A DNA stretch of 62,833 bases, filler included, from Ionaspis alba (GCA_964255285.1; 10 parts of 10 records of this genome joined end to end with filler, not necessarily neighbours in it); one strand, 5' to 3'. Counted from the whole stretch's first letter, positions 39,056 to 51,665 are shown. Program-made: numbers and translations. Notes: a model not told the origin generated them from the sequence alone.

Positions 39056-41039
39056 TGACACAACACAGAAGGTGAAGACAATGCGAAGAAGAAGGGGGCA
39101 GACCCATCGTCTAATCAAAATCAGCAAGCAGGAAGGTGAAAGATGAGTGCGGACAGACCTCCGGCGCTACCCTCGAAATATTCAATGAGAGGAGAAAAAG
39201 ACCGTGGTCGAGACCAAGTCCGGAGGCATCTCCGGCTCGTCACAAGGTCGACCGTGGTGCGGGACCCTTTCATTTGACTTGAGGCTAAGCAACAGATGTT
39301 GGTGAGTGGATGAGCCATGCGCTGTCCACCCTGCAGATCAGCAAATTGTGGCTTTATCAAGGGAGATCGGCATGGCATTTGTCGCGATACTGAACGCAGT
39401 TCATCGTAATCGCAGTCTTTGGCTTCTCATCGGTCGATGGGCGAGGCTGGCGGAGTAGGATTTGAGATGACCGTTGCGATCTCAATGATGGGAATGATTA
39501 TTTCAGCCATGTTTCTCGATGCACAACCGTCTTGTTGTTCCTGTACGGAGGATTTACGTGCTAGTGTTTGACTGTGTACAGTANNNNNNNNNNNNNNNNN
39601 NNNNNNNNNNNNNNNNNNNNNNNNNNNNNNNNNNNNNNNNNNNNNNNNNNNNNNNNNNNNNNNNNNNNNNNNNNNNNNNNNNNGTATAAGAGAACAAGAA
39701 AAGAAAATTAGAGGTAATAATCTGGCCGCCAAGAGGAGATTGCGATTAATTTATGTATTGTTCATAAGCTGCATACTCGAAACTTAATTCAGAATAATGA
39801 ACCCGCAACTAGAGTTTACGACCAATAATATCTGACCAAAATCCTATTACCTTCTATTCAATCATTATTCTCTCAACTCCACATCCGCATTCATTAGGTC
39901 CATGTGTCAGCAACGGCGGGACTTGAAGCGAGGGCCAATTTGGAGGCTTTCCGGCAATTCCCAGACTTGCAGAGGTTGGTCGGTACGGCGCCTGTGGTTC
40001 TCAAATCATGCATGTAGGTATTATTGTATATACCTCTGTACCAGTGCGTACCTCTTGCACGAATCGAGAAGGTTGTTTGTCTGTCCCTTGACTGGCGCCA
40101 CAAGTGGTGAGCCAGCCAGCTATTGGTGAAGGCAACGGAAGGGAGGGGGAAGGAAGAGGCGTGACTTTTGACTTTTCGCTTCCCTGCTCCAGGGTCCGAA
40201 GAAGGACCCTGTAACACTACCCTACACCTAGCGCTCCCTGCTAGGCCAGGACCCTGCATGCCCCTCGTGCTGCCGCCTACCTGGATGAGCCACAGGAGTC
40301 TAACGGCGATTGGGTACGGATGTCGTACCCGTCTCTGGGTCTTCAACTCGTGCTTTTGGAGCTTTGGCTTCAAGTCAATAATCCGGCACTATGTGGAATG
40401 GACTGTTTGCCACAGAAGAGAGCCAAAGAAGGATATGGCTCGTTCAACACACTCTCCTTCGCCCTTCCTTCCCGTCCAATAACACGGTTGACCCAGCAGT
40501 CTCACTGCTTCCCCTCCTCCAACTCAACCTTCTGTCTCTTGCTGCTGCAGTTGCCCGCCCCACAGCAAGAAGACCCTTTCCGATCGGTATTGTGCGGTAT
40601 TGTGCATTACCTGGACCCCAGTTACCGATTCCAGACCCTACACAAATCCTTCCCGAGTCAAAACAGTCGACCACCCGCGCTACGCTTGACCGAGGGCAAA
40701 GAATAATAAGCATTCCGTCCTGGCATTTCCGACGGGCTGTTTCGCCACCATAACATCGTGAATTCCGTCCCACTTCTCCTAGACATTTCTTCGCCACAGC
40801 CCCGCTTCATCCCATCAACTCAATTCAATCTTCGGAGTACTCTCCAGCTCATCAGCTCAATTCAGTTCAAACCAAGGACGACTCACCAAGTACCAAGGTT
40901 GAGCACTCAACTGTCACAACACGGCTTTTACTCTTCCTTCCCATCGACGGTATCGCTCGAACAGGATCACAACGACGCTGCATACAAGATTGCGGCTGCC
41001 GTTCGAACGCTCCTCAATTCCCTTCACACCTTCCACAAG

Positions 41040-42263
41040 ATGACTGCAGTGACACAAGCGTACCTACCTGCCGAGTTGCTCAAGACTCCCAGCTTCTTCA
41101 CCGCTGCCATGAATGCAAACGAGGAGAATCCATTCGACCAATCTTTCGCCGACGGCACAGACTTTCTTGATTCAGGACCACAAGAGTATCAACCATCAAC
41201 ACAACTGCATCAGGATAATTCAGGTCTCTTCCTCAATACCTCTACCGATTCCTTCTCTCCACTCTTTGATTTCAACAACAGCAACAATACCAAGTCCTCG
41301 TCACAGTATCCGAACCCACTCTACCATCATCAGCAAATACCCTCACCACCGACCTCGGCAAAACAAACCCCAATCGATTGGCAATTCCATGACTTTCAAC
41401 CATCAACCCACCACCACCACCACCAAAACCCTCACCCCACACTCCAGAACATCGCCACCCAAAACGTCTCCACCGCTCCTCATATCCACTACGGTCAAGT
41501 AACCCCACCCGACGACGACTTCGCCAACGACTTCAGCTACGACGACCCGGTGCACAACATCCCGCTGCCACCAACTCACCTCCCACAACCCAAACAGCCC
41601 TCTCAATCCTCCTCATCATCAAAGGGCAAACGCACACAATCAACAGGCACAAGTACATCCACCAAACCCACCAAACGCACCCGCAAATCTACCCGCTCCA
41701 AAGCCTCCTCTTCCTCCAGCACCAAATCCGCCCTCAACCCCACCAACCCCGAAGACGAAAAGCGCTCCAAATTCCTCGAACGCAACCGTGTCGCAGCCTC
41801 CAAATGCCGACAAAAAAAGAAAGAATGGACCTCGAACCTGGAAACCCGGGCGCGGGAACTGCAAAACGGAAAAAATCAACTCGCGATGATGGTCTCCTCG
41901 CTCAAAGATGAGATGATCTTTTTAAGGACCGAGATGCTGAAACATAACGGGTGCGAGTGTGGGGGCATTCGGGATTATTTGAGTAAGGAAGCGAAGAGTT
42001 TGGCACAGGAGGGGCCGGGTGGTGGGTATAAGTCTTTTGAGAGTGCGGCGAGTCCGGTGGGAAGTGCGCCGGAGAGTCGGAGGGGGAGTCGGAGTGAGGG
42101 GTCGCCGATGGACAACGATGATAATAATGTGGTTGGGGATGAAGATGAGGAGGAGGCGCCGGAGCCGGAGAGCCCGCCGATGCATTTTAAGTCGGAGGAT
42201 GAACTTGAGGCGTTGTTGACGGATCAGTTGGCGCGGGATTCGAGTGAGAGGGGGATTGCATAG
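41040..42263 (+). CDS. atfB: ATF/CREB-family bZIP transcription factor, AtfB/Atf21-like (intronless)
   Basis: Basic region KRSKFLERNRVAASKCRQKKKEW plus leucine zipper; HYGQVTPP motif; first ATG at 41040. Family is secure, orthology is tentative. Confidence 0.85.
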   Translation: MTAVTQAYLPAELLKTPSFFTAAMNANEENPFDQSFADGTDFLDSGPQEYQPSTQLHQDNSGLFLNTSTDSFSPLFDFNNSNNTKSSSQYPNPLYHHQQIPSPPTSAKQTPIDWQFHDFQPSTHHHHHQNPHPTLQNIATQNVSTAPHIHYGQVTPPDDDFANDFSYDDPVHNIPLPPTHLPQPKQPSQSSSSSKGKRTQSTGTSTSTKPTKRTRKSTRSKASSSSSTKSALNPTNPEDEKRSKFLERNRVAASKCRQKKKEWTSNLETRARELQNGKNQLAMMVSSLKDEMIFLRTEMLKHNGCECGGIRDYLSKEAKSLAQEGPGGGYKSFESAASPVGSAPESRRGSRSEGSPMDNDDNNVVGDEDEEEAPEPESPPMHFKSEDELEALLTDQLARDSSERGIA

Positions 42264-44075
42264 AGGACGATGGGGTGGACTTCTATTGCTATGTTATGGA
42301 TGTAATATGAAAAGAGAAGGCCTGTTTTTTTTTTATCAGCCACGACTTTATGACCTAGCTGGGGCTTGGTTGCTCCTGTTCTTCTATTTATCGACGAGGA
42401 TTCTATTTCGGCGGCTTTGCACTTCTACTACACACGGTTTTTGGTCCTCTGTTCTTGCAGACTCTTGCTTTCGGGCTGCCGAGTCGAATTTGCTTTTCTG
42501 TCATGCAGCATGTATTTTTTTTTAGATCTGCACTTTTGTTGTCTTTTTGTACCGGCTTGAGAGCAGCATGGAAGCGTCGGAAGCTATTGGGCTAACTACA
42601 ACGCATCCCTTTCCATCCTATCTCTCGCCATCGATCTTTTCAGATCAACAATACTGGCGGGCACAACAGCACCGCTAGAACAATTACCGCGATACCGATA
42701 TGAGCTGTCACCTTCACGCTCTCACGAATCTCCTTGTCCTCCATACCCACCGCTCTCATCATCCTACAACAGGACGACACAATGGCACTCAGCTTCCAGC
42801 TCGCACCCACCCCATCACGAAAACCCTCAAAAGTTCTACCGCCAGCGAAAGGGCACCCACCAACCCTTTCGACTGTCAATTTACTCCTCAGTTTTTGAAA
42901 CCGGAAGCGCACGCACACGGAGACGCCAGCCGACCGTCCCGTCTGCAGATTTTTTCAACATTACAAAGTCCTTCATTGAGATGGGGTCTGAAATAGGCAA
43001 TAATGCGGAAGAAAAGAAGAAAAGAAAAAAAAAGAATGTACACATTCAAGACCTATCGTGTAGAAGTTTCATGAGCTCTTCTATCAAGTGCCAAAGCAAT
43101 CCGTGCTCCCTCTATCAGTTAGATATACTCCTTTTCTCTCCCTCCGTCCTCCCCCGTCACAAGTATCCTAACCCTAACCCCAAACCACCCCCACCTTTTA
43201 CCAACCCCCCTCTCCTCCATCATTCCATACCGACAGCCTTCCACCAATATCAACCGACACGAAAACCTCCACCCACTTCCCTTGCCCTACCCCTTCGCCC
43301 ACGTGATCCCAGGCCTCCTATATCGCGTCCCGACCCAGCCAAGACCCAGTGTCGTCATACCCCCACTTCACGCAATCACCTGACCCTTTCTTCCCCCTCG
43401 CTCGAATGATCCACAGGTTTGCCGATCACGAATTCTGGAATTCCCATCCTTTGGTGATCGATATTTGCACTTTCCCATGCAGGGCAGCTTGTTCCTGTAT
43501 GCATCCTACTACTTGCTAGCCGGGTTACCGGTGGGTGAGTTTTAGTGGCGGTTGGCCTTTAGGGGCCCGTCACGGCTGTGGAACTACGGTAGGTGGTTTT
43601 GTGCTGGGGTTTTCTCATTACGGGTTGGTGGGTTTTTCTGGTGGGGTGGCGAGAGGTGTCTTCGAGGTGCTGTGATGGATTCACGTATGCGAGGAACAAC
43701 AGAAGAGACGAGCTGGGATGGTGGAGAAAAGAAAGTTTTTGGTCATCTGTTTGGTCTCTGAGAAGGAGTCTCTGTTGTCCACGAATAATGAAGATCACCA
43801 CGCCCTCTCGACTGCCTCATCGGAAGAGAGCCCCACATACTTTTTGCAAAGAAATGGGGGAGAAAAAACCCCTTGGAGACGACGGTTGCACATCGCATAC
43901 CTCCCCAAGATACCTTTGCCACCTGGCGGAGCAAAAGGTCCGGAAAGTCGCTGTATGGGCTACGGAGTCGCTAATTCCGATGTCGTTGGCTTCACAGCGT
44001 GCCTCTCCAACCGTTTCTATTTCCGCGGTAACCACAGCTCTGACCCTCCTCCCTGCTTCTGCCGATCCAGATATC

Positions 44076-44175
44076 NNNNNNNNNNNNNNNNNNNNNNNNN
44101 NNNNNNNNNNNNNNNNNNNTTAATTAATTAANNNNNNNNNNNNNNNNNNNNNNNNNNNNNNNNNNNNNNNNNNNN
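44076..44175. other. Artificial contig-joining spacer
   Basis: N44-TTAATTAATTAA-N44. Confidence 0.97.
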
Positions 44176-44189
44176 ACACTGCTACCGCC

Positions 44190-45077
44190 ATGATCGCCTC
44201 CCTTCTTGACACCCTCGTTGTCGTCTCTCTGTTCATCGCCCAGTTCACCGGCGCGCAGTCCTCCACCGGCAATGGCTACACCGGTTACACTCTCTCCACC
44301 TCCGGCGATCCAGGTTCGACGGTCTACGACACCGCCTCAACCCATGCCAATGGCTCCACCACTTTTCCGGAGCCTGACGTTTATCTGAATGCTTCTGTTC
44401 ATGTTGGCGAGATCGACCTTACCGTGTCGAATCTTACAGCGAAGATCAACTTGGCGGCGCAAGTGCTGCAACTACTGAAGTTTAACGCCGGTGTGGATGT
44501 GTCCATTGACCGCGTGTTCTTACGCATCGCGAACGTCAGCGCGCATGTCCTGCTTGAAGCGAGGCTGGAGAATCTCGTTCTCATGATCAACGATACTCTA
44601 AACTCCCTCGATCTGAACCCAGTCCTTGCAACACTTGGTCAGGATGTCGGGAGCCTCGTCAATACCACTGTGGGCGGACTCACCGGTGGCAGTACCAGTG
44701 GTAGCCCAGTGACAGCGCGGTCGTTCGACTTGGCAAACAACATTCTTTACTCCATCAACGACTACAGCGGTAACACACATACGAACCGCATTCTGACACA
44801 GAGCGGCAGTATCATTGATCAGTCTCTGGATAATAATGGCAATATTCACAGCCAAACAGTCGTTGGATCCTACTCGAGTGACATGAGCTTCAACGGGTAC
44901 AACCAGAGCATAGTTAAGAACGGCCAAGCCGCTCATGAGGTCGAATATGTCTATACACCCTTCCACGGCCTGAGCGTCGTCAGCGCCATCTTCATCGACC
45001 CATCAGGCAACGTTGTGGCGACACAGGTGCTAAGCGAAAGCAGCGCGGGAGGCAGTAGCACGGTCGAGGGGTCATAA
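44190..45077 (+). CDS. Secreted protein of unknown function (295 aa, intronless)
   Basis: Signal peptide MIASLLDTLVVVSLFIAQFTGA; ATG in good context (accgccATG); amphipathic beta-strand core PDVYLNASVHVGEIDLTV...LLEARLENL. Confidence 0.85.
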   Translation: MIASLLDTLVVVSLFIAQFTGAQSSTGNGYTGYTLSTSGDPGSTVYDTASTHANGSTTFPEPDVYLNASVHVGEIDLTVSNLTAKINLAAQVLQLLKFNAGVDVSIDRVFLRIANVSAHVLLEARLENLVLMINDTLNSLDLNPVLATLGQDVGSLVNTTVGGLTGGSTSGSPVTARSFDLANNILYSINDYSGNTHTNRILTQSGSIIDQSLDNNGNIHSQTVVGSYSSDMSFNGYNQSIVKNGQAAHEVEYVYTPFHGLSVVSAIFIDPSGNVVATQVLSESSAGGSSTVEGS

Positions 45078-45549
45078 AAGATGGAAGATGTACTCTGGGT
45101 CGGCAGGCAGTTGCTTCCCTTGCAGTATTGCATCCCTCGCGTTGTCAGACCACAGTCGCGACGGAGGCATCCGTATTCCTTCACCAATACCACCGACGGT
45201 CGCGAGGCTTGAAATTTTGCTGACAGTACTGGCCGGAAGGGCAGGATAACGAGGAGCGGAAAATGGCAGCGAAGACGAAACCGGAGGCAACGAAGAGACC
45301 ATAGAGCTCACCGGTGCACGGCCATGGAAGATGAAACATATTGTGGATTGGGAGTGCTGACCACGATGCCAAGATGTGGCCGAGACGAAATAATGATCAG
45401 CACGATTCTTGTAAATATTGATATGAATCTGTTTCCTTCGATCAAATATGATACTATGTGTGACAGACTCTCATCAACGGAGGAAGATAGCCCAGTTGAG
45501 TTCGATTGAGAATTTGCCTGAATTTTGCCTGCCGCTAGCAATTACAATC

Positions 45550-47029
45550 TCATCCTGGCGATGTTCCAGCGGCCTGTTTCCAATACCGACTCTGCACAAA
45601 AGGCATCTTGACCACTTCAGCGTTCCTCTTCTTCCCCCTGACCACAACTCCTAGCTTTGTACCCGCTTTGTGCATTCCGCTCTTCACGTAGCCCATAGCA
45701 ATGTTCTTCCCAAGCGTAGGGCTTGGGCACCCACTTGTGACATTGCCAATAACCGTCCCGTCCTCTGCCACGATCTCCGCCCCCTCTCTAGCAGGCGCTC
45801 CTTCCACAATCAAGCCAACTCTCCTCCTAGAGACACCTGTCCCACCCTCTTTCTTGGGCTTGATCTGGTTGAGAATAATGTCCGATCCGTGAAATCCTCC
45901 AGATGCTCTTCGGTCTTTACTGATAACCCACGCCAAACCAGCTTCAACCGGCGTTGTCGTATCATCCAGATCATGACCATATAGGCACATCCCAGCTTCC
46001 AGCCTCAGACTATCTCTTGCCCCGAGCCCAGCTAGTCGTAGCTTCTCCGGCCCAGCAGACTCCAGTAGAGCTTCCGTCACTGCCACTGTCCCTTCCGGCG
46101 GAACAGAAATCTCGAATCCGTCCTCGCCTGTGTAGCCTCCCCTACTGACCAGCACAGGTGGCGAATCTTCACCGGACGGGAGTCGCAGAGTAACCTCCAA
46201 GCATTGCCCGAAGTACAATTTCTCCAGCTTTATGCTCTTGTCTGCCAGCAGCTCCTGCAGTATGTCTGCGCTCAGGGGACCTTGCAAGGCAATCAGTCCC
46301 CACCCTTCTAGAACTTCCCATTTCACGTCGGCTTCGAGATCTTTGATCTGCGCGGATATGTATGCAATGTCCTTTTCGCGACAAGCGGCATTAGTCACCA
46401 TGTAGAATCCATCAGGGGAGGACTTCAAGCGTGTTATAACGGTGTCGTCGACAATGCCACCTGTTCTTGGATGGAGGAGACAGGAAAGCGTAGAGTGTTT
46501 GGGTTGGATGGAATCAATGGACGTCGGTGTGATCTTCGAGAGGAGAGAGGATGCAGAGGGTCCGGAAAGTCTGTGCTGGACCCTAGATGCTGATGAGAAG
46601 GATGGAGTGGTTGTGGGTGATCAGATCATACATATGACCAACATCAAAGAGACTGGCTTTCTCTCGCGTCCATTTATGGCTCTCTCCCACGCTCAGGTCG
46701 GAGTATTGGACTGGCATCGAGTAGCCTGCAAAAGGTACCATTTTCGCTCCATGTTGGATGTGGAGGTCATGGAGATGTGTACGATCGAGAGGCTTGGAGT
46801 CTGAAGAGGATGTTGAAGCATTTCTTAGTTGTGAAAACCCGATAAAAGAGGCTCTAGACAATCGGCAAGTTTGGTGGGTTGTCTTAGCTATGCAGAGCGG
46901 GAAGATGGGAATGGTGTAGGCTCCCAGTGACGAGCCATTGCATGACCTTAGGAAGATGGGATGCTGCCTTGCCGCCTTGAGTCGTGGTGGCACAGGGCCA
47001 ATGGCTTGGAAAATTGGTATTTTCTTCAT
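45550..47029 (-). CDS. GCV1: Glycine cleavage system T protein (aminomethyltransferase), mitochondrial
   Basis: [73 protein letters not shown]; one intron ~46585-46631; basic presequence. Confidence 0.96.
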
Positions 47030-47541
47030 CGTAGGATGTTTTGACAACGCAGACCATACGACGAGGTGATACCCCGCTACTGCGTAGTCGAACGCGCACG
47101 TGGCAGGGCGTGCCCTCTGTTCAACTATCATCCATAGATTGTGAGTCCACCGTGTATCATACTAATCTATGATATTCAGATTGGCGTGTCCCATAGGAGT
47201 ATCAGGGTCTTCCGCTCTGATGGCATTACTTGCTACATAGAAGCGTACAATCCTACACTAGTTTCGATAGGGGAGAGGCTCTCCAACATCTTCGTTATAT
47301 CAGTCCGTGGAAGACCGGAGGACTTTGTTGAAGGTTTCTAGAAGTCTGCGTAATTCTCATCAGTAGGAACAAGTGAATCAGGAATTAACTATTTCAGAAC
47401 TTGTAAGCTGTAAGACTTGTTGAATATCTGCAAAGTGAATGCGAGTATATGATTTGCGCCAAAGTGCTTCATATGTAAACCTATATATAGTATATATGAC
47501 TCGAACGAGACACATGACTCGACGCTCTTCATAATGACTTT

Positions 47542-49531
47542 CTACAAACCATTGCTTGCGCAAGTGAAAGCACCACCAAACGCGGCAGCTTGATAGCCCA
47601 AGACGATCCCGTCGACAGCAGCCTAGCGATGTCAGTCTTGTAGGATGTGACAATCAGAGTAAAAGCATGACTTACATAGGTTCCAGCAGACAACATGAAC
47701 AAACCGATGAGAATGATGATCACATTCAACACATAACCCCACATACCTCTGATGCCTCGCTTGGTGGCAGCTCCAGGTCCATAGGTCGCTTTTCTCATAC
47801 GAAAGTAGGCTACCCCCCAGAAGATGAATCCAAAGAAGGAATCGAAGAGAGCACTCATTAAGGCAAGGAGATCGGAGAAGAAGGGAATGACCTCGGCAAT
47901 GATGAAGGCGATGATCCAAGTTCCGGCCAAGATAGCTCCCCAGGACACCCATCCAACCACGGTGTGATTGCCCTTATGCCTGGTACCTTCAAAGATGCGG
48001 AAGAAGATGAAGCGAGCCGAGACTATTGAGGAACAGCGTCAGTCGGAAGTCAAGACAGAGGAGGAGTCTGCTTACCAGAAGCATACAAAACGCCGAGGAA
48101 GATCAAGGTAGGTATCATGAACGAAAAGGCAACCTTCTTGTAGACCTCATTACCAAGAGAGCCAAACGCCGGAGCCTAAGCAACAGGATTAGCGATTGCC
48201 AAGACGATCCCAGACCGCGAAACACATACAGTATTGTAGTTTGTGCCTGTATAAGCATATACAACGGCACCAACCAAGCTGAACAAGATGATCTCAGCAA
48301 TTGTCACAGCCCAAAGCGCCTTAGGGAAGTCAATAGGGTTCTTCATTTCCGCAATGAAACTTGGCAGCGTGATCTGGCCGATGAACGTGTAGCTAATGTT
48401 CATGAAGGCGTTGAGGCCTGCGACAAAAGTTGTACCTGCTGCTGGGATCACCAACACGATCGGGGGTCCTCCAGCCGTTCCTGACACGGGGTCGACGTAT
48501 TTGGGATCGGGATTGTACCCAGCAGGATGGGCTTCGATTCCTGCAAAGATAGCAGCCAGGAGGACGGAAATGAACGTGAAAAACGCCGAAAGAGATGCCA
48601 ATTTGGAGAGAGTGTCGAAGGTTCTTGGCAACGAGCATGCCCAGGAAATGACCGTCATGACTGCGGAAAAGCCGATTGTGCACACGGAGTGGTTGGTCAT
48701 CGTGTTCAGGTATTTGGCACCGGTCAAAACGTGGAGGCCCTAGGAATTATCGGTCTCATGTAGTGTAAAAGGAGAGTGCCGCTGCTTACCTGGATGAACG
48801 TGTTGTTGAGCAGAAACATGACAGCCGTCGCATACCACACCCATCTCCAGCCGTAGAAGAGCATCTGGCCAAGATCACAGACATCGCGAACCTCTGGATG
48901 GCGCAAGCAAAACTCCCTAGCGTATGTTAGACCCGTGATATTGGGTACAAGCTGGCTTGGCCAGAGAAATCTTGATTTACCAAACGATCAAAGACGTGTA
49001 CAAGACCAGAGCAGCAACCACGACGGTCAAGATAAGACCTGGAACAAGCCCCAAAACCGAGTAGGAGTACGGGAATGACATTATTGCCAAACATATGTAC
49101 TCCGAGAAAAGGAGCGCAGCCGTCTGTTCGGACAAGAAAATGTCAGAAACAGGACGGTATGAGGGTCAATCGCCCAGAATATCTCTTTCCCCTGTTTTAT
49201 GATAGACATCCAGAGCGCCTTCTGCGTCATCGACCGAGGACTGGGAGGGTGAAGAGAGTATTGGAATCACCTTTTGCCATGAGCAAGTCCTGTACTTGAT
49301 CGAGTTGGTGGACTCCAACTCGAGCTGCTTCTCGACGCTCAACTCCGACTCCGAGTCCGCATCTGAGACCATCCCGGGTAGTGGAGGCGCCACTCGGTGC
49401 ATATTGCGACCATTGTAGCCTTGCTTCTCAGAATCGTATACGGGTAACGAGGCTCCATTGGAGGCTCCATCGCTAGTATTGTTGGTGTCGACCACTGGGG
49501 CCGTCTTTTTCTCGAACATGCCTAACGCCAT
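47542..49531 (-). CDS. Neutral amino acid permease, AAAP/Aa_trans family (Mtr-like), multi-exon
   Basis: IKYRTCSWQK|TAALLFSEYICLAIMSFPYSYSVLG..., NISYTFIGQITLPSFIAEMKNPIDFPKAL, AEVIPFFSDLLALMSALFD; last exon ends AFTCASNGL* at 47542. Confidence 0.92.
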
Positions 49532-50335
49532 TTTATACTACGGATGGTCCGTAGTAAGGGTTGGAAGAAGAAGGGTTTGCGTCCGTCGTCAACTCGCAGC
49601 ATTAACCACAAGGATGGAGGAGGTACTGGAGAGGTTCCAGAAGCACGAATTCGAGGAGATTTCACTCGAAGACGGGCAAGTTTTCAATGATGCGAGTCAC
49701 AATCTGCAAGTTTGGAAGTAGGAGATGGAAGATGGATTGATGAGAGTAAAGAATTGGGGTCCACGGCTGGCTTATGAGGTGATCTGCCTGATGAGGAGTC
49801 TAGCAATCGAGAAAAGCTATGATTGGACAGCGCACAATGGAGCAAGGCAGGAGCAGGCTTTGGTATGATCATGGAATATGGAATCTACATGCCGCTTACT
49901 CGAACCTACCTAGTACGTATCTACCAATGCTGGGTTGGATCCCATGGCAAACAGCCAGTCCTCATCATGGTAAAAGCCCTTGTGCAGGTTCCTACCAACG
50001 AAGACGAAATAATGACAGCAAGCGGCGCCTTCCTCACAGAAATCCCTTCAGCATTGTGGAGCAGGAATCGATTACCCTTCCTTCCGACCATGCTGCAGTG
50101 GAACATAATTGTCGGAGACGGCGATAAGGTCTGTTAATTAGACATGGTTGGTGATGCTAGAAACGATAGTCGGCTTCGTCCCCACTCTTAGCACGACAGA
50201 TAACTGGTCAAAGTCCCGAAGGATCGTGGAGCAGGGTCCCAACGACCGGGAACACTCAGTGACCACCCGCTTTTACGCACTGTTCTGGGCCCGTGTAGAG
50301 GCTCAAAGTTTGCGGAATTACGTGAAGTGTGAAAT

Positions 50336-50435
50336 NNNNNNNNNNNNNNNNNNNNNNNNNNNNNNNNNNNNNNNNNNNNTTAATTAATTAANNNNNNNNN
50401 NNNNNNNNNNNNNNNNNNNNNNNNNNNNNNNNNNN
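50336..50435. other. Artificial contig-joining spacer
   Basis: N44-TTAATTAATTAA-N44. Confidence 0.97.
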
Positions 50436-50974
50436 GGGGGGGGGAAAGTGGTGCGGGGAAAGGCGGTTGCCGGTTGGACAGGGAGCTGGAACTGGAACTG
50501 GAACTGGAACTGGCATATGGTTCGGTGTTGAGCTTGGATGCTCCTGCTCCTGCTGCTGCCTGCCTTGTTTTTCGGTGAACAGCGATCGGTTCGACAATAA
50601 TCGTAACGATGGTGGCATCATTGTCTCTGTCATATGTATGGCTGAAGTGCATCGAGCTCTCTGCTCTTGATACAGATCGATGCTCACCAATTCGTTCTGT
50701 TAACCAATCAAGGACGGTCGCATAAGACCAGGGATGGGAAATACGCAGCTGCAAGTACTCAGTATCCTGATAAAGTAACATCAAGTTGACCAATCGCATT
50801 ATCGTCAGTCGTGGCTTTGCCATAGGGCCAGACAACATCCAACCGCCGAACTGTCTGGAGCGTCAACCTCATCTTTGTTTCTATCATTGTTCCACCGAAT
50901 ATCGGGCTCATGGCAATAATATGGTAGCTCCTTCGCTGCAAAGGAATTCCTGTTACTTCTAAGATGAACATTTA

Positions 50975-51478
50975 TCAGCGAGCTCCACAGCAAACAGCTT
51001 CAATCCTTCGGCCGAACAGACCAAGCTTATCATTCCGTTGGTTGCCCAATACTTGCTGTTGGAGCACCGGTTGTTCGTTGGTCCCCTCTTTGTTGGTCTC
51101 ATGCTTCTGAGACTCAGGATTGTGCCACCTGTTATTCTTTGGGAAGCCGGTAGGCCAACCACTGGAAACTCCTTGGCTGGGAGCAGACGGTGTTCTTTCT
51201 GTTGCTGTTCTGGTTATCTCAACTACCTTCAATGTGGGAACGCTTACAACCTGGTTGGCTGGACTGTGAACGACAAATGAGACCATACCGGAATCGGATG
51301 GATCATTAGCGAAATTGTCTTTCTCAGTTGTACTGATTTGCAAGTGGTCGATCGAGCTCCATAACCTTTCAAGCATATCCACAACAGGCTGTTCCTGGCA
51401 CAAGGTTGTTTTTCTTTGCACCGCCAAAATCATGTTGTTGCAGTTGGCTTTCACATTCCATATAATCTGTTCTCCCAT
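50975..51478 (-). CDS. Hypothetical protein (possibly first exon or a gene relic)
   Basis: 167-aa ATG ORF with no recognised motif; downstream frames do not splice convincingly. Confidence 0.25.
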   Translation of the reverse strand: MGEQIIWNVKANCNNMILAVQRKTTLCQEQPVVDMLERLWSSIDHLQISTTEKDNFANDPSDSGMVSFVVHSPANQVVSVPTLKVVEITRTATERTPSAPSQGVSSGWPTGFPKNNRWHNPESQKHETNKEGTNEQPVLQQQVLGNQRNDKLGLFGRRIEAVCCGAR

Positions 51479-51665
51479 CTCTTTGTCTAGCTTTTCTTTC
51501 CACCTTCATCCTCTACCTCTCGTGGCCTTCTCATCCAGAACCTAGTGTTCTGTTCGTTGCTCGAACGTTTGTACTTCTTCGTTCACCCCAAGGCAGTGCC
51601 TGTCTATTCTCCTTAGCTCAGGAAGCTCCAAAGCCGGTCTTTTTTGATTTAAAATTACTTTAATC

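Noticed and set aside
6347..42263. Apparent developmental-regulator supercluster (noxR, OefC-like, veA, atfB)
   Set aside because: Each gene lies on a different size-sorted piece separated by artificial spacers, so there is no evidence of linkage.
43166..43182. Telomere-like CCTAACCCTAACCC
   Set aside because: Only about two units within a C-rich tract; expected by chance.
50486..50513. (CTGGAA)4 and other short microsatellites, e.g. (GAGC)4 at ~12533 and (AGTCGC)3 at ~38831
   Set aside because: Ordinary simple repeats with no evidence of function.
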